A DNA stretch of 64,000 bases, from contig OX597818.1 in the NCBI GenBank assembly GCA_951406725.2, positions 139,624,001 to 139,688,000 of the forward strand, in the 5' to 3' direction. Shown one piece after another: positions 26,195 to 38,367 of this stretch; position 1 is the stretch's first letter, and each line of letters starts with the position of its first letter. The notes below the pieces were generated by a model that ran no database searches, was not told the DNA's origin, and worked only from the letters and a program-made list of their open reading frames with translations. The stretch is from Octopus vulgaris (Eukaryota). The translations under genes and the position numbers were made by a program.

Positions 26195-26351
26195 GCAACA
26201 GGATATCAAGTTGTGCTGTAATACGACCGTTTCAAGCGGCTCCATTTAATTGAACAATGCAGTCATGGCATCATTTTAAATTGATGCATTGTTCAATTAA
26301 ACAGAGCCGCTTGAAACGGTCGTACTGCATCGACACTTGATATCCTGTTGC
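26195..26351. repeat. 157-bp fold-back inverted repeat
   Basis: GCAACAGGATATCAAGT...TACGACCGTTTCAAGCGGCTC..TTTAATTGAACAATGCA versus TGCATTGTTCAATTAAA..GAGCCGCTTGAAACGGTCGTA...ACTTGATATCCTGTTGC. Confidence 0.85.
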
Positions 26352-27211
26352 TTATTCTGATAAATGTATTTTCGTATACTAGTGTTATGGAAAATATATT
26401 AGCCCATGATTTCACTAGGTGAGTTTGACACACGTAACACAACAAGGATAAACAAACAGACCGATAGATTGACAGACATATAGATTGATAGATACAGACA
26501 TAGATACATAAATAGATAAATAGATCGATAGGTAGTAAGAGAAAGAGTGAGAGAGAACAGATCAAATATTATATCCTCGTCTTGGCATAAGGTTTGTTGC
26601 GAGTACAGGTCATTCTTTTTGGGGGATGCGATGTGCACCATTCTCTTCGATTTTCTGGAAGGTAGCCGCACAGTGAATGGCGCATAAAAGCCATTAGGCA
26701 AAAGGGAGCGCAGAAAACGCTCAAAGCGATTCGCATTCGCTATGACAATCAGCCTCCACGCACATATTTGGTAACAAATTAGGCTATCGGCAAATTGGAC
26801 TGATCAATGCCTCTCCCATCTATCGAACAGTGCCGACTGGATGCATCAGACTTCTTTGTGTTCAATGAACTACTGATACAAAGGAGGTGAAAGTAGCTGT
26901 GATACAGTTGGCACAAAAGTTTACATGTGTATTGTCGAAACAGAATTCGGGAGTTGATTTCAGTGGTGATAGTGTTATAACACCGGACGTGTTACAGACA
27001 ATGCAGAATAAGAATTTTCTTTAGAAAAAGAATTATCCTCCCAACATGAAATACTTGAACGACGTCTGTCAATTAATAAAGATGTCGTATTCATTTTTGC
27101 ATCACACTTTCACTATAGGATATACATACATACATATACATATAAATTTATATATATATATATATATACTTACATACACATATACATAAATATACATATA
27201 TACACACACAC

Positions 27212-27244
<33 letters not shown>

Positions 27245-27251
27245 CATATAT

Positions 27252-27319
<68 letters not shown>

Positions 27320-27440
27320 ATATGAAATGCTTATTCGTGTTCAATTTATAGGTGTTTCGTGCATGCATTAATGATGGATTGCATGTTAGATGATAATTGT
27401 AGTAAAACATGACAGGTTATTATTCAGGTACAGTGTATTT

Positions 27441-27527
<87 letters not shown>

Positions 27528-28231
27528 GTACTTGTGTGTGTGTGTGTGACTGCATACATACACACCCCTGAGTTGATGTACATATGCGTGTGATATAGTG
27601 ATATACATGTGTGTACCCCCGTATATGAACACACGCACATACGCACACACACGTGCACACACATTCACGGACACACACATATATATGTATATATATATGA
27701 ATATGTGCGTGTTTATGGGAATTTGTTTCATGTGCATTTTTCTGCGCGTGTTTTGTAGCAATCTAGTTTGAAAATGCAAGCATTTCACAGAAAAGGCCAT
27801 ACGGTGAGATTATTTCCTACGTAATGCAATCATTTTTGATTAATACTGTCACCTCAAGAGAGATGTGGAATTCTAACAGAGAGAATGAACGAATAAAAGA
27901 ATTCAAAAATAAGTGAATGAAAGAATGGTATGAATAAAAAGTCGTATGAGATGTTATGATTACATGTGGAGTAGGTTTTATACCGTGGTCTTTTCCGTAG
28001 GCTATTAAAATTCCACGGGTAAACCTCATTTCTCCTCTCCTTTACACTTCATATTGACATTTCTAAGTGATAACGAGTCCCTATTGATCAATTTTTTTTC
28101 CTCTCCCCCTTATAATAATGAGTCTTACGTGCATCTTTCTTTCTCTCCCTCTGTCTGTCTGTCTGTCTCTGTCTCTCTCTCTGTCTCTGTCTCTCTCTCT
28201 GTCTGTCTCTCTCTCTCTCTCTCTATGTATG

Positions 28232-28273
<42 letters not shown>

Positions 28274-28391
28274 AGAAACATATCTATATATGTATGTATG
28301 TATATATATATATCAATGTATGTATGTATATATTTATATGTACATATAGATATATATACATATATATGTGTATGTGTGTGAATATGTATAT

Positions 28392-28446
<55 letters not shown>

Positions 28447-28490
28447 AGTAGCACGATGGCCGAGTGGTTAATCAAAATCATATATATATA

Positions 28491-28689
28491 TGTGACCTTT
28501 TCAAAATGTGACCTCGTGTGTACCGTTGGCAATTTTTTTTCCTTTGTCTTCCCTTCTCTGGATCTTTCCTTCTCCTATGCTTCCGACGAAGAGCTCCGCT
28601 CGAAACGTTAAACCCTCCTTCTTTCCTGAGCGTTCAATAATACTATATTTGTTCCACGTTCTCGCGTTGTTGTGTTTTCTTGTTTGGAT

Positions 28690-28694
<5 letters not shown>
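28491..28694 (+). mobile_element. (TA)n-embedded Penelope-like terminal fragment with degenerate hammerhead motif
   Basis: CCGACGA-A-GAGC-TCC-GCTC-GAAA-CG-TT at 28583-28609 (core CTGANGA with one change at a conserved position). Homologous to 32700-32890 (+) and 42958-43115 (-). Confidence 0.6.
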
Positions 28695-28740
<46 letters not shown>

Positions 28741-28743
<3 letters not shown>

Positions 28744-28836
28744 GGTCCCGGGTTGAGTCGGGGTTAACCACAGTAAATAAGGTACTCAATACATAGCAGA
28801 GTAAAGTAATTTATTTTATAGAAGCTCCTTCTATAA

Positions 28837-28841
<5 letters not shown>
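28741..28841. mobile_element. Short (TA)n-embedded insert ending in a 14-bp hairpin
   Basis: TTATTTTATAGAAG-CTC-CTTCTATAAAATAA (28811-28841) directly abuts a TA tract. Confidence 0.55.
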
Positions 28842-28915
<74 letters not shown>

Positions 28916-28979
28916 TTTCAAATGGTAATCTCTGAGAATATCTGTAGCTCTTTTTACTGTGCCTCTCTGCACGCAGAGG

Positions 28980-29222
28980 GGTTCGCGGTAAATTTATTGC
29001 AGATAAATGCATATCGTGATAAATACGTTGCCTGTAACTTTAATGCCTGACAATTTTATCACCTGTAACTTCATGTTCTGCTAATTTCATTGCCTGTAAC
29101 GTCATCGCCTTCTTATTTTCTCGCTAGCTACTTTCATCGTTAAACGATCATCAAACAGAGTACATCGCTGGCGAATTCATCGATGTGTAGCTTTTATCTG
29201 CAGCCTAAATACATCGCTTCAG
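28980..29222. repeat. Decayed ~15-bp minisatellite
   Basis: Units such as TTGCCTGTAACTTTA, ATCACCTGTAACTTC, ATTGCCTGTAACGTC, ATCGCTGGCGAATTC. Confidence 0.65.
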
Positions 29223-29562
29223 TATTATTCAAAGTCTTTTAATCAAAAATTAAATATCGCGTACTTCATTAACGATGAAAAATGTTTCAAAAACAATAAA
29301 ATTCATTTCACGATGTAGAAATATTTACAAAGTGTGAAGCAAAAATAATTAATGAATGAATATTAGTCGAACATTGTATAGCCGATGGAGAAATTCTACA
29401 CCTTCAAGAGATAGCGCAGTGAGAATTCAACTCAGCGTCAACGAATATCGGAATACTGGATTATCTGAACAGCATTTTCCTCAATTTATTTTTGTAGAAT
29501 GCTTCCTCTATTTTCAAAATTATCTTTTCACTGCATTGTTTTCTGACTATTTTGATAAGTAT

Positions 29563-29650
29563 CTTCTTCTTCTTCTTCTTCTTCTTCTTCTTCTTCTTCT
29601 TCTTCTTCTTCTTCTTCTTCTTCTTCTTCTTCTTCTTCTTCTTCTTCGTC

Positions 29651-29738
<88 letters not shown>

Positions 29739-29757
29739 CATTATTATTATTATTATT
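29563..29757. repeat. Compound microsatellite (CTT)n-(CAT)n-(TAT)n
   Basis: Direct reading. Confidence 0.95.
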
Positions 29758-29760
29758 AAA

Positions 29761-29982
29761 GGCAGAATCGTTAACATGCTGGGTGAAATGCTCAGCGGAT
29801 TTCGTCTGCCGATACGTCCTGAGTTCAAATTCTGCCGAGGTCGACTTTGCCTTTCGTCCATTCGGAATGACTACCAGTGAAACACTAGGGACCAATCTAA
29901 TCGATTACTCCACCTCCCCCAATAATCCAATCAATTGCCCCAGCTCTCCCTATAGTGGAAAGGATTATTATTGTTGTTGTTG

Positions 29983-30061
<79 letters not shown>

Positions 30062-30415
30062 GGCGGCAAGCTGGTAGAATCGTTAGCGCGGTGGACGAAA
30101 TACATAGTGGTATTTCGCCCGTCGCTCCGTTTGGAGTTCAAATTCCGCAGAGGTTGACTTTTCCTTTCGTCTTTTCAGGGTCGTTGAGATTAAATACCAC
30201 TTGAGCACTGGGGTCGAGGTAATCGACTAGCGCCCCTCCCCCAAATTTCAGGCCTTGTGTGTATAGTAGAAAGGATTACTATTAAGAAGGCGATCTAGCA
30301 GAATCGTTAGAACGCTTAGCGTTATTTCGCCCGTCTTCACGTTCTGAGTTCAAATTCCGCTGAGGTCGACTTTGCTTTTTATCCTTTCGGAGTCGATAAA
30401 TTAATATCAGTGAAA
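29761..30415 (+). mobile_element. Cluster of three SINE family C copies separated by (TTA)n tails
   Basis: Heads GGCAGAATCGTTAAC (29761), GGCGGCAAGCTGGTAGAATCGTTAGC (30062) and GGCGATCTAGCAGAATCGTTAG (30288), each followed by GAGTTCAAATTC..GAGGT.GACTTT.C.TTT. Confidence 0.8.
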
Positions 30416-30669
30416 CTTTGAATTTTCAGCCACTCAGAAAACAGCGCATTCGCTGCCTCTTCTATCATCTGCCACAATTGCGAGAAGGTAGGGGGCGCCG
30501 GCATGTCAAAACATTAGAAATAACAGTGAAAAACATTAAAACATACATGAGCAAATTAAACGTTTGAAAGCTTTCCCCTTGTGCAAACCACGATTGTTTT
30601 GAATATTTTATCGAAAAGGAATTGCAGAATTTAACTCAGAACAAAGAGCCCTTGGTAATTTCACAGATG

Positions 30670-31198
30670 CACTCAGAGGTAGTGATTCAATTGGAGATAG
30701 TGATTCAAACCACGAAGATTCTCCCAGTTCTTGCCTGGGACATATTTTATCGACCTACAAAAGACGAAAGGAAAATTGGACTCTGGCAGAATTTGAACTC
30801 AGAACGTAAAGAGCCCTCTTGGTAATGGTTCTAGCAGATCGGCACTCAGAGAACAAAATTGGAGATAGTGATTCAAACCACGAAGATTCTCCCAGTTCTT
30901 GCCTGGGACATATTTTATCGACCTACAAAAGACGAAAGGAAAATTGGACTCTGGCAGAATTTGAACTCAGAACGTAAAGAGCCCTCTTGGTAATGGTTCT
31001 AGCAGATCGGCACTCAGAGGTAGTGATTCAATTGGAGATAGTGATTCAAACCACGAAGATTCTCCCAGTTCCTGCCTGGGACATATTTTATCGACCTACA
31101 AAAGACGAAAGGAAAATTGGACTCTGGCAGAATTTGAACTCAGAACGTTAAGAGCCGTCTTGGTAATGGTTCTAGCAGATCGGCACTCAGAGGTAGTC
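30670..31198. repeat. Young ~170-bp tandem triplication
   Basis: TTGGAGATAGTGATTCAAACCACGAAGATTCTCCCAG recurs at 30691, 30859 and 31032. Units are nearly identical and contain a minus-strand family C fragment (GGCAGAATTTGAACTCAGAACGT). Confidence 0.92.
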
Positions 31199-33346
31199 AC
31201 TAAAGAAAGTATGATAATGTATTATTTCATGTTCTCGAATGTTTTTTTTTTTAAATATTTTATTTAACGATGAAAATATAATTACAAACGCAAGTAAATG
31301 TATTTATACACTTATGTATATATGGACATCGTTTAAATTAAAAACATCATGAAATGAGAAACAGCACTCTTTCTTACTACACGTCGTCAAATTCTGATTC
31401 AATTTTTTCCTCTTACACTGACGTCTCACATTTTCTTACAATTTCTTCCCTCTCTCTCTATGCCAATGTGAGTGTATATGTACTGTATGCATGAATGTCC
31501 ACCAGTCTTTTTTTTTTTGCGTGTGAGTGTTGACATATATGTAGGTATGCATTTGTGTGTTTGTGTGGGCAGTGTAATCTATTGACATGCAGTACAGTTC
31601 GCTATAGTTGTGTATTGGCGTGTGGAGGGCAATGTGTTGACTTGTGTACTTCCATATTTGCATGTATGTATGAATGTACGTATGTGTATATATATATGTA
31701 TGTTTGTGTGCCTATGTATGCACGTGTGTATGTAAGTGTGTGAGTGTGTGTATATGTGTGTGTCTCTAAGTAGTGTAATCTTTTGATATATATATATACA
31801 TATATACATAAATACATTATCGTATTTTGAGTGTATGCCTACGTGTATGTGTGAATATACACAGATGCATACATAGATATACACGCATATATACTTTTAT
31901 ACACGTGCACAAAAAATAGCGAAATATACAAATATGTTAGTAGATACACACATACGTATGTGCCAAAATACAGAAATATTTACATCTGTAGACACACATA
32001 CCTATGCGCCCACAAAAACACACGGGTACACATATTTGTCTGTGTGTGAGAAAACCTTCACGAATTGTAATCTGGTGATCTCCTAATCTGTCATTTTCTC
32101 TCACAGCTGTACCCTTCGTTGATACACTTTGCTTACATTTTTTAACTTTCCATATTGAAATGCGTAACTCCATTCTTTTTCACGCTATTTATTTCCTTCA
32201 CCTATCTCCACTCCCACAGTTCTGAGGCTGCGCTCTGCGACTGCGCATTATAGACATTTGGGATTCGTTTCCGGTTTGACATACACAGGCAGATCACAAA
32301 TTTATTGTATAAAGATTTATATCTACACACAATGTTTCGAGTTTTCCAAACATCTATCACCATAAAGTCCCAAATCTGATTTGAAATAGAAACCTTCCTT
32401 GTATATCAATGTTAATATTCGTTACGTATAGCTTAAAATAAGGCTTCCTGGTTCAAATCTAGTCTGAGTCTAGCTACACAGGAAGGCACTCGATGATGTA
32501 TCATTGTGGAAGGATAGTAAGCATACGCGCTAAAGATACTTTTAAAAGTCTGGAAAACGACATTGGAACAAGATCATACATTTTGAGGGAAGACGCATAA
32601 GCATTTAAAATTGAGCTCAATTTTTGATTATTTCTATTATTGCATTGGCCAGGAAATATGAGTGACAAAGCTGACAGTTTTTTTCTCAGGAATATCCAAA
32701 CCGTCTTTCGTTCTCTTTTCTCTGCATTTTTCTTCCTCCATCTGACGAAAAACGACGCTCAAAACGTTATAATTTTAATAGATATTTCCATCAAAAACTT
32801 TCACCGAGTGTCAATCTAATATATTCATTGTGTACGTCCAATTAACTTATGTTGTTTTTCCTGATGTTTTCTTCATGAATTTGCCATGTACGTATTATAT
32901 ATATCATATCTATCATACATATAGGCACAAACACTGAAACTTATTGAAAGGGCAGTCGATAAAATCAATCCTTTTACTTGAATGGTGTTTCATCCTCGAT
33001 GATATAAAAGGCAAAGTCGTCCTCGGTGGAACTAGAATATCTACGCCAGGAATTCTGTCCGCTATCCTTACGTTTCTACCAACCCAACGTCATCTACGTA
33101 CTGCCATATATAATAATGTAATTAATTGCATAATTTCCATTTAATACATTATAATGGTAATAACTGCCATTTATCCTTCTGGATGGCGCCTCAGGTTAAT
33201 TTCCATTAGTTATTAATCTTCAACTAACGTGAATGAAGATAATGGACACAAGCGAAGATAACGACAAATCACGTAAAAGTATAGAAAATTCTTAGATATT
33301 ACAACAGTCGTTGTTTTATGGACAGTATTACTGATATAAGTAGGGC

Positions 33347-34070
33347 TAGCACGTCGGACAAAATGCTTATCGGTATTTCGTCTGCGTTACGTTGTGAGTT
33401 CAAATTCCGCCGAGGTCGACTTTGCCAGCGGCGAGCTGGCAGAAACGTTAGCACGCCGGGCGAAATGCTTAGCGGTATTTCGTCTGCGTTACGTTGTGAG
33501 TTCAAATTCCGCCGAGGTCGACTTTGCCAGCGGCGAGCTGGCAGAAACGTTAGCACGCCGGGCGAAATGCTTAGCGGTATTTCGTCTGCGTTACGTTGTG
33601 AGTTCAAATTCCGCCGAGGTCGACTTTGCCAGCGGCGAGCTGGCAGAAACGTTAGCACGCCGGGCGAAATGCTTAGCGGTATTTCGTCTGCGTTACGTTG
33701 TGAGTTCAAATTCCGCCGAGGTCGACTTTGCCTTTCATCCTTTCAGGGTCGATAAATTAAGTACCAGTTACGCACTGGGGTCGATGTAATCGACTTAATA
33801 CCTATGTCTGTCCTTGCTTGTCCCCTCTGTGTTTAGCCCCTTGTAGGTAATAAAGAAATAGGTATTCCGTCGGTCTTTATATTCTGAGTTCAAATTCCGC
33901 CGAGATCAACTTTGTATTTCACCCTTTCGTGGTAAATAAAACAAGTATAATTTGAACACTGGAGTCGACGTAATCGACTAAGCACCTACCCCCAAATAAG
34001 TTCGATACGATCGATCTACTCTCCCTCCTATCAAAAACTGCTGGCGCTTTGCCAACATTTGAAACCATTC
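33347..34070 (+). mobile_element. SINE family C with 102-bp head amplified in tandem (3 identical units plus 1 partial)
   Basis: AGCGGCGAGCTGGCAGAAACGTTAGCACGCCGGGCG...GTCGACTTTGCC starts at 33427, 33529 and 33631; the last unit continues into the SINE body TTTCATCCTTTCAGGGTCGATAAATTAAGTACCAG. Confidence 0.92.
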
Positions 34071-34093
34071 TTATTGATATAAGTCACACCATA

Positions 34094-34393
34094 TCTTAAT
34101 ATATAAAAGTGAAGTTGTGTGTCTGTCTCCTACGATTTAGATTCCTAACTACTCCCACATTTTGCGGTGCAGTTTAACAAAAAGCGGGTATCTTATAGTC
34201 GTGATTCATATCGAGCCCTTCTGGGTATTAGTGCGCGTCTACGATGAGTCTTCGATTTAAAAAAAAATTTACCATCATTTTTCCCATTTTTAATACATTC
34301 TTTTTTGCTATTATATAAGGGAAGTAACTCTCTAAAAATGCTTATATAGTTATTTCCCTTACAAACCCGAGCAACGCCGGGCGATACTGCTAG
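34094..34393 (+). mobile_element. Non-autonomous Helitron (300 bp)
   Basis: 5' A|TC (TCTTAATATATAAAAG), 3' hairpin CCCGAGCAACGCCGGG, short spacer, terminal CTAG|T; inserted in AT with no TSD. Confidence 0.8.
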
Positions 34394-34399
34394 TTTAAT

Positions 34400-35100
34400 G
34401 TAATATTGTGATGGTTATTCTGAAACTGGAAAAACCTGGCGATTGCGGTGCATTTTAAATGGAGGTGGTTTTCAGGATTTTGTGAGTACAGTTTGTATTG
34501 GCAGTGGTTGTGGTGGTAGCGTTTTTGTGATGAAGTTATATGTTGCTGGTGGTCGAAGTTGTGGTCATGGCTGAATGACATTACTGGTAGTATTGTGGAT
34601 AACAATGCTGGATGTTGAAGAGGTGATATTTGTGACGTATGTGGTAGTAGAGTTGAGGTGGCGGCGAATGAAACAGTGATGGTTGCGGAAGTGATAACGG
34701 TTGATGTCAATGTTGATGGTGGGGTTTAAGTGGCAGTTAAAGTTGTTTAGAAGCCTGAAGTGGGGTAGGAGTTAAGTTGTGATGGCTTCCAGTTAAAGTG
34801 GTAATATGGTGGTGGTGGCTTCAATGTATTAGTATGGCTGGAAATGAATTGGAATGATTCACTGTTAGTGGGCGATGGGTCGATGGTGGTGTTTAAGTTT
34901 TGGTGGTGTATGGTAGAGGAGTGATGATTGAAATGGAGATCGCCATTCAGTTGTTAGTGTTGTAGTTGCTGTTGTTGTTGTTGGTGGTGGTCGTCGTGGT
35001 GGGGTTCGTGGTGGCGTCGGTGGTGTTATAGTTGGTGTGGCAGTGTGTTGACTGATGTGATGGTCGTTGAAAGGGTGGTGGTTGTGGTGGACGTGACAGA
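34400..35100. repeat. Decayed GGT/GTT low-complexity region
   Basis: Strong G/T skew with imperfect (GGT)n units. Confidence 0.75.
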
Positions 35101-35727
35101 AAGTAAGTTAGTGGCAACTAAGACCTCAATATTATGACATTTCTCAAGATACGAGAGGAAAGAGAGAGACAATGGGGTAATTGAAAGAGAAGGGAGCAGA
35201 GAGAGGGACAGAAGGAGAGAAAGGGAGAGAAAAAAGAGACTATGTCCTTATATTGATAAAGTATCGGAATGAAAGGTCTTAACAAATCCCTATCCTATTG
35301 CTCGATCTGGGATTTGTCATTCGTACACTTCCGGCCTCAAATTTCAATACCCGATGGAAAGTATAAACAAACGTCTTCTTCCCTCTTTATTCTTTTCGGG
35401 GTATTAAATGGGAAGTGAGGAATGGGAGAACATAAATCCTCAAATTTTTTGTTTGATTCTATTTTACCTTTTTGTTTTCTGTGAAAGATGGTGATTTTAA
35501 TTTCAGACACTATACGATAAAATTAAAGAAGTTTGCTTTTCTAGACGTAACGGATTAACGAATTGCTCAAACTCAATGGGAAAATAGTTTAAAAGGTGTC
35601 ACATACCTGGAATATATATGTATATGTATGTGTACATACCCCGCCACACATATATATATATATATACACACATATATATATATAATATATACACATCCAT
35701 ATATATATATATATATATTTATATATA

Positions 35728-35873
35728 AGTCAGTAAATGGTGGGGTTGTGTTAACCGCACGTGGAGAAATTATAGGAGAGGAAAAATTTTAATAAGGCAG
35801 AATGCTATATTGAAATTAAATTTTTATTAAAATTTACTTTCAATTTAGCATTCTGCCTTATAATTTTTCCTCT

Positions 35874-35879
<6 letters not shown>
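35728..35879. mobile_element. (TA)n-embedded fold-back insert
   Basis: TATAGGAGAGGAAAAATT..ATAAGGCAGAATGCTA.ATTGAAA.TAAATTTT (from 35771) is inverted against AAAATTTACTTTCAATTTAGCATTCTGCCTTAT.AATTTTTCCTCTCCTATA (to 35879); ~40-bp unpaired extension on the left. Confidence 0.75.
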
Positions 35880-35937
<58 letters not shown>

Positions 35938-36596
35938 CATACATATATACATATATATATATACACATTTATGTATATATAATAATTTGTTGAAGAAGAG
36001 GAATCGAATAATTTGCGTTCTTGATAAACTGTTTTAAGTGTTTAGGCATATTGTATTTAGGACATAGTTTAATGTTAGGAATTGAATCTTCCAAGGGGAA
36101 TATATAGAACTCCACAGTTACCACACTTAGAAACATGGCTTTTCACTCATAAATTCATACATACATTGGTATGTAATACTGTGTTTATGTAATACACCAC
36201 TACATATAAATAGGAATACATACATGAAAAAAATGGGGAGGACATGACTTATAAAAATAATGCTATCAAAGGCACTGTCAGAATGCATAAAATATTCAAG
36301 AGATATAGCGGGAAATGAGATCCATAAAATGGAATGATATCCGTGCCTAAACCCATATATGCCGGTGCACATGCATATGCATGTGTATATGTATATATAC
36401 ATACATATGTATGTGTGTCTGTGTGTGTGTGTCTGTGTGTGTGTGTGTGTATTACATACATGTGCACACAGGCAAAAACTACACTGTTGAAACGTCGGAA
36501 ATAATCAAAGAGCTTTTCTTGTTTCTAGGATAGATACTGACTCCGTCACCATTCATGATAAATTGAAAAAATAGACATCAGTAAGAGAAACAAACA

Positions 36597-37180
36597 AACA
36601 TACATACATACATACATACATACATACATACATACATACATACATACATACATACATACATACATACATACATACATACATACATACATGCATACATACA
36701 TGCATGCATGCATGCATGCATACATACATACATACATACATGCATGCATACATACATACATACATACATACATACATACATGCATGCATGCATACATACA
36801 TGCATGCATGCATGCATACATACATACATACATACGTACGTATGTACGTACGTACATACATACATACATACATACATACATACATACATGCATGCATACA
36901 TACATACATACATACATACATACATACGTACGTACGTACGTACAGACGTACGTACATACATACGTACATACGTACGTACGTGCATACATACATACGTGCA
37001 TACATACATAATACATACATACATACAAACATACATACATACATACGTACATACATACAACACATACATACATAGTACATACATACGTACATACATACAT
37101 ACATACATACATACATACATACATACATACATACATACATACATAAATAAATAAATACATACATACATGCATACATACAT
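36597..37180. repeat. (CATA)n microsatellite with CATG/CGTA variants
   Basis: Direct reading. Confidence 0.95.
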
Positions 37181-37972
37181 TGATACGAGATTAAAGAAAC
37201 AGCTAATTGTACACAGGTTAAAAGTTATTGATGATATTGCTGCAAAACATGGAAACAGGTAATTCTTATTACTCGACAAGTAATACGTTCTTATATGCAA
37301 CTGCTATTACTTCTGAATAACACCTAGGAGGTACCCGCAGCGTACCTGAAAATCCAATTTCTAATTGGTAGCAAACTAGATGGTAAACAAAACTTTAAAA
37401 AATGTGTATGATTAATCACGATTCTAAAATAGAAATAGAGAAATAAGTGGCACTTCAGCAATTACATCTTAAGCAAAAATATTAAAAATCTATGGAGGCT
37501 TTTCACAACAAGCTCTTAAGGGATAGTCGAATACTTCAAAGCACGAACACCGCATTCAGGAGCAAAAACTTCTCTCTCAGAGAAAAAAAAGATCGACCGA
37601 GCCAGTGTGATATGAAGTTCGCGTCCAATCTACAAGCATTATACAGGGAGGAAGAAAAGACATCCCCGTTAAAAAAGCTCCTTCACAAGACGGCTTTGTA
37701 TCATTCTGATCTAAGATATGGAACGGAAAGAGATATTTGAACCAGTATGCATTGTTAGGGAAGAATACTATACCAAGTATGCAGTAAAATATACACAATC
37801 GACACTGAAACCTTCAATATTGCTGTAGGCATGCTGCACACTAGGAAGGTACTTAGGAGAGACCTAATAGTTCGATACTTGTGCAAGACGCTGACGTTCT
37901 AGAGAAAGTCTTTAATACGCGCATTTAAAAGAACTTTAGAAAACGAGATTGACATACGAGATCGACAAACGA

Positions 37973-38367
37973 GGCGCAGGAGTGGCTGTGTGGTAAGTAG
38001 CTTGCTAACCAGCCACATGGTTCCGGGTTCAGTCCCACTGCGTGGCATCTTCGGCAAGTGTCTTCTGCTATAGCCCCGGGCCGACCAATGCCTTGTGAGT
38101 GGATTTGGTAGACGGAAACTGAAAGAAGCCTGTCGTATATATGTATATATATATATAAGTGTGTGTTTATATCTTTGTGTGCCTGTGTTTGTCCCCCTAG
38201 CATGGCTTGACAACCGATGCTGGTGTGTTTACGTCCCCGTCACTTAGCGGTTCGGCAAAAGAGACCGATAGAATAAGTTCCGGGGTCGATTTGCTCGACT
38301 AAAGGCGGTGCTCCAGCATGGCCGCAGTCAAATGACTGAAACAAGTAAAAGAGTAAAGAGTAAAGAG
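37973..38367 (+). mobile_element. Full-length SINE family A
   Basis: Head through (GTAAAGA)n tail. Confidence 0.9.

Noticed and set aside
33347-33732. CRISPR-like or repeat-protein interpretation of the 102-bp array (also the 170-bp array at 30670-31198)
   Set aside because: Units are contiguous with no unique spacers, derive from SINE sequence, and there are no cas genes in this eukaryotic DNA.
37480-37860. Possible minus-strand RTE RT remnant
   Set aside because: Only a faint resemblance (FPFHIL...TKPSC versus F.I..GVKQGC); not supportable without an HMM search.
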